Shown here: in pieces, positions 29,422 through 39,045 of the stretch
Numbering within the stretch: the stretch's first letter is position 1
How the letters are laid out: each line of letters starts with the position of its first letter
NCBI GenBank assembly: GCA_016199265.1
Contig: JACQGX010000088.1
Coordinates: 1 to 63,135 of the forward strand
DNA from: Chloroflexota bacterium
GTDB taxonomy: Bacteria > Chloroflexota > UBA11872 > UBA12225
Reading direction: 5' to 3'
DNA length: 63,135 nt
Position numbers and translations under genes: made by a program
The notes under the pieces: model-generated
The model's input: only the letters and a program-made list of their open reading frames with translations
Told to the model about the DNA's origin: nothing
Databases searched by the model: none

Positions 29422-29682
29422 TCCAACATCTCAGCTCGGAACGGCCGTTCGGCCGCTGACCCGCGCCCACCGCCGCCTGTGGCACGAAGCGTGCCAGCAC
29501 AACCGGCCGGTGGCCGGTGAGACTGACCCGAAGTCAGTAGCAAGGGACGGTATCCCTTTCGGCTCGAGCCAGCCGTCGAGCGAGCAGCTCGGGTCCGCCT
29601 TCATCGGCGATTGCGTAGCCGAACTCGCCATCGCCGGCCGCCTCGGCGTAGAGACGCCCGGCCGCGTCGCCGGTGAGCGTAT

Positions 29683-30507
29683 TCAGCGGTCTACCGCCGA
29701 GCTCTTGCGCGAGTCGCAGCGCCGCGACCTCCTGGTCAAAGAGCGACACGATCTCGTCGCCTGCCAGGCCGTCGCGCCATGGCCGGGGAAATGCTTGAGC
29801 ACCCCCAGCACGCCGCCGCGCTGCAGGCCGCGCAGGTAGGCGCGGCTCAGCGCCGCCGCCCGCGAAGCATCGGACGAGAACGCGCGTGTGCCGATGACGG
29901 CGCTCGGCGCGGACAGCACGTCGGCGACCGGGGCCAGGTCGAGGTTGAAGCCGAGCCAGCGCAGCGTCGTGGCGTCTTCGACGCCGCGCAGATCGACGCC
30001 CGCGACACCGGCGGCGGCGCTGGCCGCCGCCGGCGGCGTGTTCCCCGTGATCGCGCGGAGCGCGTTGGCAGTGCCGCCCTCGAAGTCGGTCGCCACGAAC
30101 GGACGGATGCCGTCACTCGCCTCGGCGGCGCCCGCGCTCAACGCGCTCGTCAGGAGTTGCACCTGCGCGGTATCGCGCACATTGCGACGGAGCAGGAAGA
30201 ACCCGCCGATCCGGCCGCGGCGCGCCCGCTCGAGCAAGCCGGCGTCGGGAGTGTTACCGGCGAAGCCCACCATCAGCAGTTGGCCCGCCTTGACCTCGAG
30301 CGGCAGCCGCCGCGCGACCGCCAGCAGCGCCCGCTCCGCGACCGGCAGACCGGCCTCGTGCGCGAGTGGCGCGCTCGTTTCGCACCCGGCCCCGAGCGCG
30401 GGCGGGGCCGTGATGGGCGAGAGGGCGAGGCAGAGAGCGACGGTCAACCGCAGGGGGCACCACGGCGCACTCGGTCTCCGCGTCGCTGCGTGGCTGCGGT
30501 GAGGCAC
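29683..30507 (-). pseudogene. Glycoside hydrolase family 3 (NagZ-like) gene truncated just after the KHFPGHG motif
   Basis: A signal peptide is followed by QLLMVGF...ATDFEGG...LGFNLDLAPVADV...KHFPGHG. After that no frame contains the DSH catalytic motif or the SDDL nucleophile region. Confidence 0.6.
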
Positions 30508-30521
30508 GCCGACCCGACGAA

Positions 30522-32567
30522 TCAGCGCAGCGCGGCTTCGAGCGTGAACGTCGCCGGCTCGAGCGTGACCGGCACGAGCGGCGAGACCGCGACGACGACC
30601 CGCTGCATACGGTCACCGAAACCGCGGATGGTAACGCTGCCCTCGACCTCAGTCGTACCGCGCACCGGCTTCACCACGAGCGGCCGCACCTCGACGCCCG
30701 AGTCGGTGAACACCACCGCCTGGACCGCCCAGTCGAGCGCCGCGGCGTTGACCGATCGCAGGAAGCCACGCGCTTGCCAGCCGCGATCGTACTCCGCATC
30801 GTCGTGAAATCCAATCTCCGGGATCGAGATGTCGTCGACGGCGATCCCCGAACCGTGGTACGACTGGTCGGTGATGTAGAAAAAGCGGAGCACGATCTTC
30901 TGGCCGGCGTACGGCGTGAGGTCCATCGCCTCTTCGATCCAGGTAGGCGTGTCCCCACCACCGCTCCTCCCCGTCAACCCATGCCCGAGGTTCTGGCCTA
31001 CCGGATCGGAATCGGCCGTGTGCTGTCCCGCCATCGTTTGCCAGCTACAACCGCCATCGGTCGAAACGGCGACGCCGGCGTAGTCATAGTCCTTCTCGGT
31101 GTGAAACCACGCGGCAAAGTGCAGCGTCGCCTGCTCGACGCCGGTCAGGTCGACCTCGCGCGTGAGTGTGCTCTCCATTTCGTCGGCGGCGTTGCCCCAC
31201 CATTGCGCCTGCCCGCTGCGCGGCGCGCCGCCGTAGAGCGGCGCCTCGCCCGCGCCGCGGAAGCGCAGCTCGAGCGCGCCGCGCCGGTCACCCGAAGCGC
31301 TCGGGCGGAACTCGATGCTGCGCATCGCGTACGGCCGAACGCTACCGGTCGCCGCCGCCGGATAGGTCGCGTGCGACTCGTACGTCGCCGCGCGGGTCCT
31401 GATCTTCTCGTAGCCAAACCGGCCGCCGGCAATTGTCCGGTCGTTGACGAGATTGGCGACGACGAAGTCGCGGAACAGCTCGTCGAACGTACGCGGTGTG
31501 GCCTGCCCATCGGACCCGGCGGGACCAACCGGTTGCTGGCCGGCCAGGTAATTCTCGACCGTGGCGACGCTCACGCCGGGCGTGCCAATCAACTCCTTGA
31601 CCTTCTCGTAACCGCCCAGCCGCTGCGCGAAGTACTCCAGGAACAGATAGCCGGCGCCGTAATGCGGAATGGTCTCTGTTGGACGCTCAGCCCAGCCGTT
31701 GAGCTGTGTCTCCGGCCGCGTGAGAAAGCTGCGCGCGACGCCACCCTGATCGAAGCCGGCGAGCGACATCGCCAGCTCGGAGGCGCCCTCGTTGAGCCAC
31801 GAGTCCTGCTGAGGGTGGATCGCCCAGTGGATGAAGTGCTGCACTTCGTGCGCCAACACCGAGTCGTAGCTCGCCGTCCCCGGCCGCGTCGCGTCCAGGT
31901 TCATGAACAGCATCGGGCGCTCGTTGGAGTAAGGGTTGACTTCGCGCGGGTAGAGGTCGCTGGCCGAGAAGTAGCCGCCGACGCCGGGAACGCGGCCGTT
32001 GAACACGGTGATTCGCGGCGCCTCGGGCGGCTCGCCGAAGTAGCGGCGCAGCGCCGGGTACGTCGTTTCCTCGAATACGCGCGCGCTGGCCTCGAGCTTG
32101 TCGGTCGCCGGTGGTGCCGCCAGTCCATCCTGCACGTACAGCAGAAGGTGCTCGGAAGCGTACTGCAGTGTCGCCCGCACGTCAAAGAAGCGGTGGTTCG
32201 GCTCATCGAGGACCCAGAACGTGCGTGTCTCGCCAACGGCTTCGTCGCGGTACAGCGGCACGCGCGCAGCGGCCGGAGTGCCACACACTTGTTTGAAGCG
32301 GCGTACGATATCGGCCTCGTCGCGTGGCGGCGGCGTCACGGCGCGCAGCAGGTCGCGCGTCGCGCGCGCCGACAGCGCCGCGGGTGCGGCGAGACGGCTG
32401 CTGCCGGGATCGGTCGCGGTGTGGCCCACAGGCGGGTTCGCGACTTCACCGCGGGCGACTCCGAGTGCGCTGGCGCGCACCTCGGCAACGTCGGGAGCTC
32501 GCGCACACGCGACCAGGGCGGCGACGTTCACCGCCAGCGCGAGCACAAGCGCAAGGCACCGTTTCAT
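30522..32567 (-). CDS. Secreted lipoprotein zinc metalloprotease (gluzincin HExxH...NEG) with a C-terminal InhA/MAM-like beta domain
   Basis: The lipobox signal is MKRCLALVLALAVNVAALVAC. The active site is LAHEVQHFIHW...SWLNEGASELA. The C-terminal segment is VDLTG...ATLHFAAWFHTEKDYDYAGVAVSTDGGCSW. Confidence 0.75.
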   Translation of the reverse strand: MKRCLALVLALAVNVAALVACARAPDVAEVRASALGVARGEVANPPVGHTATDPGSSRLAAPAALSARATRDLLRAVTPPPRDEADIVRRFKQVCGTPAAARVPLYRDEAVGETRTFWVLDEPNHRFFDVRATLQYASEHLLLYVQDGLAAPPATDKLEASARVFEETTYPALRRYFGEPPEAPRITVFNGRVPGVGGYFSASDLYPREVNPYSNERPMLFMNLDATRPGTASYDSVLAHEVQHFIHWAIHPQQDSWLNEGASELAMSLAGFDQGGVARSFLTRPETQLNGWAERPTETIPHYGAGYLFLEYFAQRLGGYEKVKELIGTPGVSVATVENYLAGQQPVGPAGSDGQATPRTFDELFRDFVVANLVNDRTIAGGRFGYEKIRTRAATYESHATYPAAATGSVRPYAMRSIEFRPSASGDRRGALELRFRGAGEAPLYGGAPRSGQAQWWGNAADEMESTLTREVDLTGVEQATLHFAAWFHTEKDYDYAGVAVSTDGGCSWQTMAGQHTADSDPVGQNLGHGLTGRSGGGDTPTWIEEAMDLTPYAGQKIVLRFFYITDQSYHGSGIAVDDISIPEIGFHDDAEYDRGWQARGFLRSVNAAALDWAVQAVVFTDSGVEVRPLVVKPVRGTTEVEGSVTIRGFGDRMQRVVVAVSPLVPVTLEPATFTLEAALR

Positions 32568-32752
32568 GGCCACGAATCGCCGCCTGTCCCACCATACCAC
32601 AGTTGCGGCCCCTACCCCTAACCCCTCCCCGATGCGGGGAGTCGGTCCGCGGCGCGGCGCTCGACCGGTCCGCCTCTCCGACACGAAGAGGGGCTAGCGG
32701 GTGAGGTCCGCCTGCAGGGCGCAGGCCAAAGTGCCGGCGGCGTCGAATCTTT

Positions 32753-32814
32753 GTAGGGGCGTATCGACATACGCCCAGGGGCGGCGGTCGGGCGCATCTC
32801 GCTACGCCCCTACA
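32753..32814. repeat. Palindromic GTAGGGGCGTA...TACGCCCCTAC element (copy 2, inverted relative to copy 1)
   Basis: The sequence is gtaggggcgtatcgacatacgcccaggggcggcggtcgggcgcatctcgctacgcccctaca. It differs at only a few positions from the reverse complement of 17895-17956. Confidence 0.85.
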
Positions 32815-32899
32815 GCCAGTGGCGGTCCCCGGAACTTCTGCCTGCACCCCTCCTGCACTTCCGCTTGCGTGTGAATTTGGCATCCAGTATGATCGCCCT

Positions 32900-34438
32900 A
32901 TGCGGAAACGGATAAAGAGCGACCCTCTTCCGGTCGAGCGAGAGCTGGGCGAGGCGTGGCGGGTCGCGCCGGCGGCGGGGACGCTTACGACGGTGGAGGG
33001 CGAAAAGGTTCGGGTGGTGTACCCGGGCCGGCCGAACGCGGCCGCCGGTCCCGATTTCTTGGATGCGGTGCTCGAGACCGGCGACGGGGAGGTGCGCGGC
33101 GCCGTCGAGCTTCACCGCCGGACGAGCGACTGGGAACGGCATGGGCATGGCGCCGATCCGCGATACAGCGGCGTCGTGCTGCACGTCGTCGGCCGGCACG
33201 ACGGCGCCGCCAGCCGGCCGCCGGGCGGCGCCCAGTTGCCGTTGCTCGAGCTCGTCGGGGGAAGCTGGACCGGCGGGGAGGACGCCGCGCCGCCGTTGCC
33301 TTGCGCCGCCAACATCACCACCGGGCGCGATCCGCTGCCTCTCCTCGAAGCGGCGGGCGATGCGCGCTTCGAGGCCGGCATCCGGCGAATCCAGGAATTA
33401 CAGAACAGTTTCGCTCGACCATCTGGCGCAGCAGGCGCTGCCGCAGCCGACTGGGACCAGTTGGCCTACGTGCTGCTGGCCGAGGCGCTGGGATACAGCC
33501 AGAATACGACGGCGCTGCACGAGCTCGCGGCCGCCGTGCCGCTCGACGAGGTGCGCCGCTGCGCCGCCGGCGCGCAGCGGCAGACGGCCGGCACGCGGGC
33601 CGAAGCGCTGCTGCTTGGTGCGGCCGGCTTACTCCCGTCTCAGCGGCACCTGCCGGCAGCCCGATGCCGTGGTGCCTACGTCGAGGCGCTCGAGCGGGCG
33701 TGGCAGGTCGCCGGCCGAGCACCGGCCTTGCGGTCATATCGCTGGGACTTCGCCCACGTGCGGCCCGAAAACGCGCCGGTGCGGCGCGTCGTTGCGCTCG
33801 CCAAACTGGCGCTGGAGTGGCCGCGAGCGGGCGTGTTCGCCGCGATTGCCGAGGTCATTGGTGCACCCGACCGGCCCAGCCAGAGCAGCGGTGGGCGCGG
33901 CGGCAGGCGAAATACGCCAGCCGAGGAACCAAGACCCCACGAGAGAGCCAAGCTGCACGACAGCCGGCGGCCCGATGCCGGTGCCCGCGTGCTGCTCGCC
34001 GCCAACCGGAACCTGGCGCGCCGCGTGACGTTGCCGTGCCCGGAAGGGTACTGGGCCGAGCACTGGGACTTCGGCGTGCCGGTCAAGCAACCGGGCACCG
34101 AAGCGACCGCGCTGATCGGTCACTCGCGGGCGGCCGACGCGGTGGTCAATGTGCTCCTCCCGCTCGCCGTCGCGATGGCCGTCTCCGGCGGCGACGCCGC
34201 GCTCCACGCCCGCGCCGTCGCCGCCTACCGCACCCACCCGCTCCTCACCGAAAATTGGATCACCCGCCTGGTGCGCGAGCGTACCGGCCTCAGCGCCGCA
34301 CGCGGTGATCGCGTCGCCGGCGCGCGCGCCCAGCAAGGCCTGATCGCCATCTACGAAGGCCCCTGCCGGGAACTGCGGTGCGGCGAGTGCCCGTTGGGAG
34401 TGCAGAGCGAAAAGTGCAAAATGAAAAATGCAAAATGA
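32900..34438 (+). CDS. DUF2851-family protein
   Basis: The sequence VVYPGRPNAAAGPDFLDAVLETGDGEVRGAVELHRRTSDWERHGHGADPRYSGVVLHVV matches the remembered DUF2851 N-terminal signature. The C-terminus runs into a repeat arm. Confidence 0.65.
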   Translation: MRKRIKSDPLPVERELGEAWRVAPAAGTLTTVEGEKVRVVYPGRPNAAAGPDFLDAVLETGDGEVRGAVELHRRTSDWERHGHGADPRYSGVVLHVVGRHDGAASRPPGGAQLPLLELVGGSWTGGEDAAPPLPCAANITTGRDPLPLLEAAGDARFEAGIRRIQELQNSFARPSGAAGAAAADWDQLAYVLLAEALGYSQNTTALHELAAAVPLDEVRRCAAGAQRQTAGTRAEALLLGAAGLLPSQRHLPAARCRGAYVEALERAWQVAGRAPALRSYRWDFAHVRPENAPVRRVVALAKLALEWPRAGVFAAIAEVIGAPDRPSQSSGGRGGRRNTPAEEPRPHERAKLHDSRRPDAGARVLLAANRNLARRVTLPCPEGYWAEHWDFGVPVKQPGTEATALIGHSRAADAVVNVLLPLAVAMAVSGGDAALHARAVAAYRTHPLLTENWITRLVRERTGLSAARGDRVAGARAQQGLIAIYEGPCRELRCGECPLGVQSEKCKMKNAK

Positions 34439-34519
34439 AAAATGCGATATTCGAAGCCAACCAGTCGTCTCATCTGGGGCGCCTCGTTCACTTTGTACTT
34501 TGCATTTTGCACTTTTCAC
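34400..34519. repeat. Hairpin repeat element, GTGCAAAA/ATGAAAA flavour
   Basis: The left arm gtgcagagcgaaaagtgcaaaatgaaaaatgcaaaatgaaaaatgc pairs with cactttgtactttgcattttgcacttttcac. The stops of both convergent genes lie inside the arms. Confidence 0.85.
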
Positions 34520-35301
34520 TGGCGCGTGGCGCCCGCCAGCGCCGGCCCTACCTGCTGCGCCAGGCGCTCGAGGTAGCGCAGCTCGGCGTCGGTGTAGGCT
34601 TTGCCTTTAGGGCGGCGGGCCAGCACGAGGAGGCCGACGAGGCGTTGGCGGTGACGCAGCGTCACCGCCACGCCTGCGCCGCGATTAGCGAGCGCCGCCA
34701 GCGGCAGCAGAGCCACCGGCACGTCGGAGAGCTCGCGCCAGCGCTCGACCGGTATCGCGCGCGGGTACAAACCAAGCAGGCGAGGCAGCACGTCGTCGAG
34801 CGGGAATTCGGGAGGCGCGCGATCGTCGAGCTGCGTCGCCGGCACATTCGCCGTGGCGTCGGCCGGCCGCTGCCGCGCCAGCGCCCAGTCACCCGCGCTG
34901 GCGGCCGGCACGAGGCGCCCGCCCCGCGGGACGAGCACGGCGGCCGCGGGGGCGTTGAGCCGGCGGAGCGACTCCTGTGCCACGGCGCTGCCGAGCTCCT
35001 CGGCGGTCGCCGGCAAGCGATGCTGAACGATGGCCGTAATGCGCTCGCGCCGTACGCGCGCAACGGCCATCACGAGGGCGACGGTACCGAGCGCCACGGC
35101 AAAGAGCAACGCGATGGTCAGCGCGACGGCGCTTCCCGGCTGCGCGACGAAGAACGCGATCAGCAAGGCACCGGCGGCGCCGAGTGAGGCGATGGTACCC
35201 CACGGCACCGTCATCGCACGCGGCGCATCCGGTTTCCCGAGTGCTCCGGGCGCATCGCCTTCGTCGGGCCGCTCGCCGATTGTCGGCGGGAGATCGCTCA
35301 T
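34516..35301 (-). CDS. Membrane-anchored GAF-like domain protein
   Basis: Two N-terminal TM helices are present. The C-terminal segment RLVGLLVLARRPKGKAYTDAELRYLERLAQQVGPAL is a typical GAF end. Confidence 0.5.
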   Translation of the reverse strand: MSDLPPTIGERPDEGDAPGALGKPDAPRAMTVPWGTIASLGAAGALLIAFFVAQPGSAVALTIALLFAVALGTVALVMAVARVRRERITAIVQHRLPATAEELGSAVAQESLRRLNAPAAAVLVPRGGRLVPAASAGDWALARQRPADATANVPATQLDDRAPPEFPLDDVLPRLLGLYPRAIPVERWRELSDVPVALLPLAALANRGAGVAVTLRHRQRLVGLLVLARRPKGKAYTDAELRYLERLAQQVGPALAGATRQ

Positions 35302-35418
35302 CCTCTAGCGCAATCGTACATCGGAACCCGCGCGCCGCGCTTCACTTGGCCATCGCGACGAGGGAACCGCTCCACTTACCCCCTACTGCGCCGCCGACGC
35401 GGTGGAGCGGTCAACGCG

Positions 35419-36504
35419 TCACGGCTGCTTCGCCAGCAATTGGTCTGCCGCCGCCGGTGGCGAAAGGCGCCGAGCGACGACGGCATCGACGAGCTCCGCC
35501 CATTGGCCGGAGGCACGTGCTCGGCGTTCGGCCTCTCGCTGCGCCTTCGCCGCCATCGAGCGCAGCACGTGGCGTTCGGCGAGGCTGCGCGCTCGCGCCG
35601 CGCCTCGGCCACTCGCCCCGAGCCACGTGCGATGCGCGGCGAGCGTTTCGACAAGCTCGGCCGCACCGGCGCCCGTCGTCGCCACGGTCTTGAGCGCCGG
35701 AACAGCCCAGGGGAGTGAAGAGCGAACACCGACGGGTGAAGAGTGAGGTGGGGACCCTTCGCCTCGGTCCTCTCCGGATGCGGAGCCATCACCCCTGCCC
35801 TCTCCCTTTGGGAGAGGCAGCCCATCCACCGGCCCCTGCGCCAGGCGCAGCTCGGCTACCAGCCGGTCTGCGCCTTCGCGGTCGGCCTTGTTGACGACGA
35901 GGACGTCGGCGATCTCGAGGATGCCGGCCTTGATCGCCTGCACCTCGTCGCCAAGACCGGGCGCCATCACGACGACGGTGGTGTGGGCCTCCTGGGCGAC
36001 GGCGAGTTCGTCCTGGCCAACGCCGACGGTTTCGATCAGGATCGTCTCAAAGCCGGCCGCCGCCAGGACGATCGCTACCGCCATGGTCTGCGCCGCGATG
36101 CCGCCGGCGGCGCCGCGACTGGCCATGCTGCGGACGAAGACGCCCGGGTCACCGGCCAGTTCGCCCATCCGCACGCGGTCGCCAAGCAGCGCCCCGCCGG
36201 TGAAAGGGCTGCTCGGGTCGACGGCGACGACCGCCACTCGCTGCCCGCGACGGCGCAGCTCACGGGCGATGCGGTCGACCAGCGTGCTCTTACCCGTCCC
36301 CGGGGCGCCCGTGATGCCGACGAGATGCGCACCACCCGCCTGGGGATACAACGAGTCGACGATGGAATCGGCGCGTGCGCCGCCCGTCTCGATGACGCTC
36401 AGCAGCCGCGCCAGCGCCCGCCGATCACCACCGACTGCCGCCCGGATCAGCTCGTCGTCACGCGCGCCGTTCAAGGTGCCGCCCGAATTGGAGTTTGAAA
36501 CCAC
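35419..36504 (-). CDS. meaB: Methylmalonyl-CoA mutase-associated GTPase MeaB/ArgK, with a 42-aa insertion
   Basis: Family motifs are present: GDRRALARLLS, GITGAPGTGKSTL, ETVGVGQ and VVNKADREGA. The start is uncertain (GTG at 36504 or TTG at 36474). The longer track ORF N-terminus is repeat DNA. Confidence 0.85.
   Translation of the reverse strand: MVSNSNSGGTLNGARDDELIRAAVGGDRRALARLLSVIETGGARADSIVDSLYPQAGGAHLVGITGAPGTGKSTLVDRIARELRRRGQRVAVVAVDPSSPFTGGALLGDRVRMGELAGDPGVFVRSMASRGAAGGIAAQTMAVAIVLAAAGFETILIETVGVGQDELAVAQEAHTTVVVMAPGLGDEVQAIKAGILEIADVLVVNKADREGADRLVAELRLAQGPVDGLPLPKGEGRGDGSASGEDRGEGSPPHSSPVGVRSSLPWAVPALKTVATTGAGAAELVETLAAHRTWLGASGRGAARARSLAERHVLRSMAAKAQREAERRARASGQWAELVDAVVARRLSPPAAADQLLAKQP
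35710..35835. repeat. Intragenic 126-nt insertion in meaB containing a CTGCCCTCTCCC/GGAGAGGCAG hairpin
   Basis: The insertion encodes GPVDGLPLPKGEGRGDGSASGEDRGEGSPPHSSPVGVRSSLP between ...AELRLAQ and WAVPALKTVATTG. It shares the ccctctccc...gggagagg motif with 16984-17023. Confidence 0.65.
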
Positions 36505-36600
36505 AGATGCACACAGATGCACACAGAACGTGGGGATGGGATGGAACCGCAGATGAATGGTAATAAGGGGAACGAGGAGAAACCGCCGATGGACGCCGAA
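36497..36600. repeat. CACAGATGCACAC / CCGCAGATGAA repeat cluster
   Basis: The cluster reads gaaaccacagatgcacacagatgcacacagaacg...ggaaccgcagatgaatgg. A related ttcatctgcggtttc lies at 37421-37435. Confidence 0.7.
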
Positions 36601-36665
36601 CTCTAGAGAGGAACCGCCTTCAGATACCGCATAATCCATCCAAGAGCCCGTGATCGCTGCTCGGA

Positions 36666-36717
36666 GTCAGCGGTCGGTGGTTGGGTAGCTGACCGCTGAA
36701 AGCTGACCGCTGACCGC
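36666..36717. repeat. Hairpin repeat, CAGCGGT flavour
   Basis: The sequence is gtcagcggtcggtggttgggtagctgaccgctgaaagctgaccgctgaccgc. A half-copy (gcggtcagcggtcagc) lies at about 39031-39046. Confidence 0.75.
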
Positions 36718-36730
36718 CGATGAATGGCGA

Positions 36731-37258
36731 TTATGTCGATGTAGGCAGGGAGATGGGGTCACGCTGCAGCAGCTCGATAAGGACGCCGTGGGCACTTTTC
36801 GGATGGAGGAAGGCGACGAGACCGCCGTGGCCGCGGCGTGGCGCTTTGTCGATGGGTTCGAATCCGTCGCGTTCGAGGCGCGCCAGTTCGGCGGTGATGT
36901 CGTCGACGGCGAAGCAGACGTGGTGCATCCCTTCACCGCGGCGCGTAAGAAAACGCCCCACCGACGACTCGCCGCCAAGCGGCTCGAGCAGCTCTAGCCT
37001 GGCCGAGGGCGCAGCCGTGGGACGGGCGAAGCCCTCGCGGGACGGCTCAGTATCAGCGCCGGATTGGGCAGGCAAATGCTTCGCCGCTGCGGACCGCGTT
37101 CCGATCCATCCTCCTGCCGGCACAAAGCAGACGCGGACGCCCTGCGCCGCCAGGTGCTCGACGTCGGTCGACGCGTGGCCGAGCAGCCGGCGGAACGTCG
37201 CCGCCGCGCCTTCTACATCGGCCACGGCGATCCCCACGTGATCGACACCCAGAATCAT
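36731..37258 (-). CDS. mce: Methylmalonyl-CoA epimerase (VOC/glyoxalase fold) with a ~36-aa insertion
   Basis: Epimerase segments are present: MILGVDHVGIAVADVEGAAATF...RLELLEPLGGESSVGRFLTRRGEGMHHVCFAVDDI...AFLHPKSAHGVLIELLQ. Confidence 0.8.
   Translation of the reverse strand: MILGVDHVGIAVADVEGAAATFRRLLGHASTDVEHLAAQGVRVCFVPAGGWIGTRSAAAKHLPAQSGADTEPSREGFARPTAAPSARLELLEPLGGESSVGRFLTRRGEGMHHVCFAVDDITAELARLERDGFEPIDKAPRRGHGGLVAFLHPKSAHGVLIELLQRDPISLPTST
37001..37108. repeat. Intragenic 108-nt insertion in the epimerase gene (origin unclear)
   Basis: The insertion encodes GWIGTRSAAAKHLPAQSGADTEPSREGFARPTAAPS between VCFVPAG and ARLELLEP. It contains a cgagggc...gccctcg inverted repeat. It has only a weak (~17 nt) resemblance to 54746-54767. 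Confidence 0.4.
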
Positions 37259-37340
37259 GTCGACTTCCCGGCCCCTGGCCCCTTACAGCGCCTCACAATA
37301 GCCGCTCCCGCAAGCAGATCTCTTCAGCCAGCCTCCTGGG

Positions 37341-37445
37341 CTATCTGCGTTCATCGGAGCCTGCCCTGAGCCCCTTCGACAGGCTCAGGGCTGCGCTCAG
37401 GATACACTCCGTCGAATGGGTTCATCTGCGGTTTCTGTTCTTCGT
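37341..37445. repeat. Composite repeat: GCCCTGAGC-CCCTTCGACAG-GCTCAGGGC hairpin plus TTCATCTGCGGTTTC unit
   Basis: A 9-nt perfect inverted repeat lies at 37363-37371 / 37383-37391. This is the same CCTTCGACAGGCTCAGG motif found inside the MFS gene. Confidence 0.75.
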
Positions 37446-37447
37446 TC

Positions 37448-39028
37448 TTACCCCCGATACTCGCCGAACACCGTCCGCATCGCGCCGGCCATCTCGCCGA
37501 CGGTGGCACGGGCGCGGGCGCATTCGAGGAGCGGCGGGAGGACGTTTTCCGTCGCGGCGGCGGCGGCGCGCAACCGGTCGAGCGCAGCCGTCACGCGCCC
37601 GCCATCGCGCGAGCGGCGCAGTTGCTCGAGGCGGCGGATCTGGCGCTCGCGCACGGCCGGATCGACTTTGAGGATCTTCATCGGGGCGCTCTCGCCGCCG
37701 GCCGCCGTTTGGAAGCGATTGACGCCGACGATCGTCTTGTCGCCGCTCTCGACCGCGCGCTGATAGACGTACGCACTTTCTTCGATCCGGCGCGCGTAGT
37801 ACCCACTTTCGACCGCCACCAATCCGCCGCCGATCTGCTCGATCTCGGCCAGCAGTTCTTCGGTTCTGCCCTCAAGCTCGTCGGTAAAGCGCTCGACGAG
37901 ATACGAGCCGGCGAGCGGGTCGGCGCTGTCGGGGACGCCGCTCTCGTAGGCGATCACCTGCTGGGTGCGCAACGCGAGCTGCGCCGTTGCCTCGGTCGGC
38001 AGCGCCAGCGCCTCGTCGAGCGCGTTGCAGTGGAGGCTTTGCGCTCCGCCAAGCACCGCCGCCAGCGCCTGGAGCGTCACACGCACGACGTTGTTCTGCG
38101 GCTGCTGCGCCGCGAGCGTGCTGCCGGCGGTCTGCGTGTGGAAGCGCAGCTTCCACGAGTTGGGGTCTTTGGCGCCGAACCGGTCGCGCGCGAGTCGCGC
38201 CCAGATGCGCCGCGCCGCGCGAAACTTGGCGATCTCTTCAAAGAGGTTGTTGTGGCACGCGAAGAAGAACGAGAGCCGCGGCGCGAAAGCGTCGATCTCG
38301 AGCCCCGCGTCGAGCGTGGCGGTCGTGTAGGTGATGGCGTTGGCAAAGGTGAAGGCGAGCTCCTGCGCCGCGGTGCAACCGGCCTCGCGCAGATGGTAGC
38401 CGCTGATGCTGATCGGGTTCCAGCGAGGCAGATGCGCGGCGCAGAAGGCGATGCTGTCGGTCACCAACCGCAGGCTCGGCCGGGGCGGGTAGACGTACGT
38501 CCCGCGGGCAACGTACTCCTTGAGGATGTCGTTCTGCGTCGTCCCGGAGAGCTTCTCCGGAGGGACGCCCTGCTCTTCGGCCGCGACGACGTAGAGCGCG
38601 AGCAGGATCGCGGCGGTCGCGTTGATCGTCATCGACGTGCTCACCCGGTCGAGGGGGATGCCGTCGAGGAGCTGCCGCATGTCCTCGACGCTGCAGATCG
38701 AGACGCCGACGCGGCCGACCTCCCCCTCGGTGAGCGGGTGATCGGCGTCATAGCCGAGCTGCGTGGGCAGATCAAATGCGACCGACAACCCCGTCTGCCC
38801 CTGCTCGAGCAGGTAGCGGTAGCGCCGGTTCGATTCCTCGGCGGTCGCGTAACCGCCGTACTGGCGCATCGTCCACAACCGGCCGCGATACATCGTGGGA
38901 TAGATCCCACGAGCGAAGGGGAATTCCCCTGGATCGCCAAGCGCGGCCTCATACGACCAACCGGCGATGTCATCCGGGCGGTACACGGGTTTCACTGGAA
39001 TCCCGCTGTCGGTGAGGCGTTCTGCCAT
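37448..39028 (-). CDS. Methylmalonyl-CoA mutase catalytic (large) subunit, without a B12-binding domain
   Basis: Substrate-barrel motifs are present: [32 protein letters not shown]...[18 protein letters not shown]...TNAATA. The protein ends before any DxHxxG B12 domain. Confidence 0.9.
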   Translation of the reverse strand: MAERLTDSGIPVKPVYRPDDIAGWSYEAALGDPGEFPFARGIYPTMYRGRLWTMRQYGGYATAEESNRRYRYLLEQGQTGLSVAFDLPTQLGYDADHPLTEGEVGRVGVSICSVEDMRQLLDGIPLDRVSTSMTINATAAILLALYVVAAEEQGVPPEKLSGTTQNDILKEYVARGTYVYPPRPSLRLVTDSIAFCAAHLPRWNPISISGYHLREAGCTAAQELAFTFANAITYTTATLDAGLEIDAFAPRLSFFFACHNNLFEEIAKFRAARRIWARLARDRFGAKDPNSWKLRFHTQTAGSTLAAQQPQNNVVRVTLQALAAVLGGAQSLHCNALDEALALPTEATAQLALRTQQVIAYESGVPDSADPLAGSYLVERFTDELEGRTEELLAEIEQIGGGLVAVESGYYARRIEESAYVYQRAVESGDKTIVGVNRFQTAAGGESAPMKILKVDPAVRERQIRRLEQLRRSRDGGRVTAALDRLRAAAAATENVLPPLLECARARATVGEMAGAMRTVFGEYRG

Positions 39029-39045
39029 GAGCGGTCAGCGGTCAG

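Noticed and set aside
36853-36864. The sequence GGGTTCGAATCC, which resembles a tRNA T-arm.
   Set aside because: It lies inside the epimerase coding sequence, where it encodes GFEPID on the minus strand. No acceptor, D or anticodon stems can be drawn around it.
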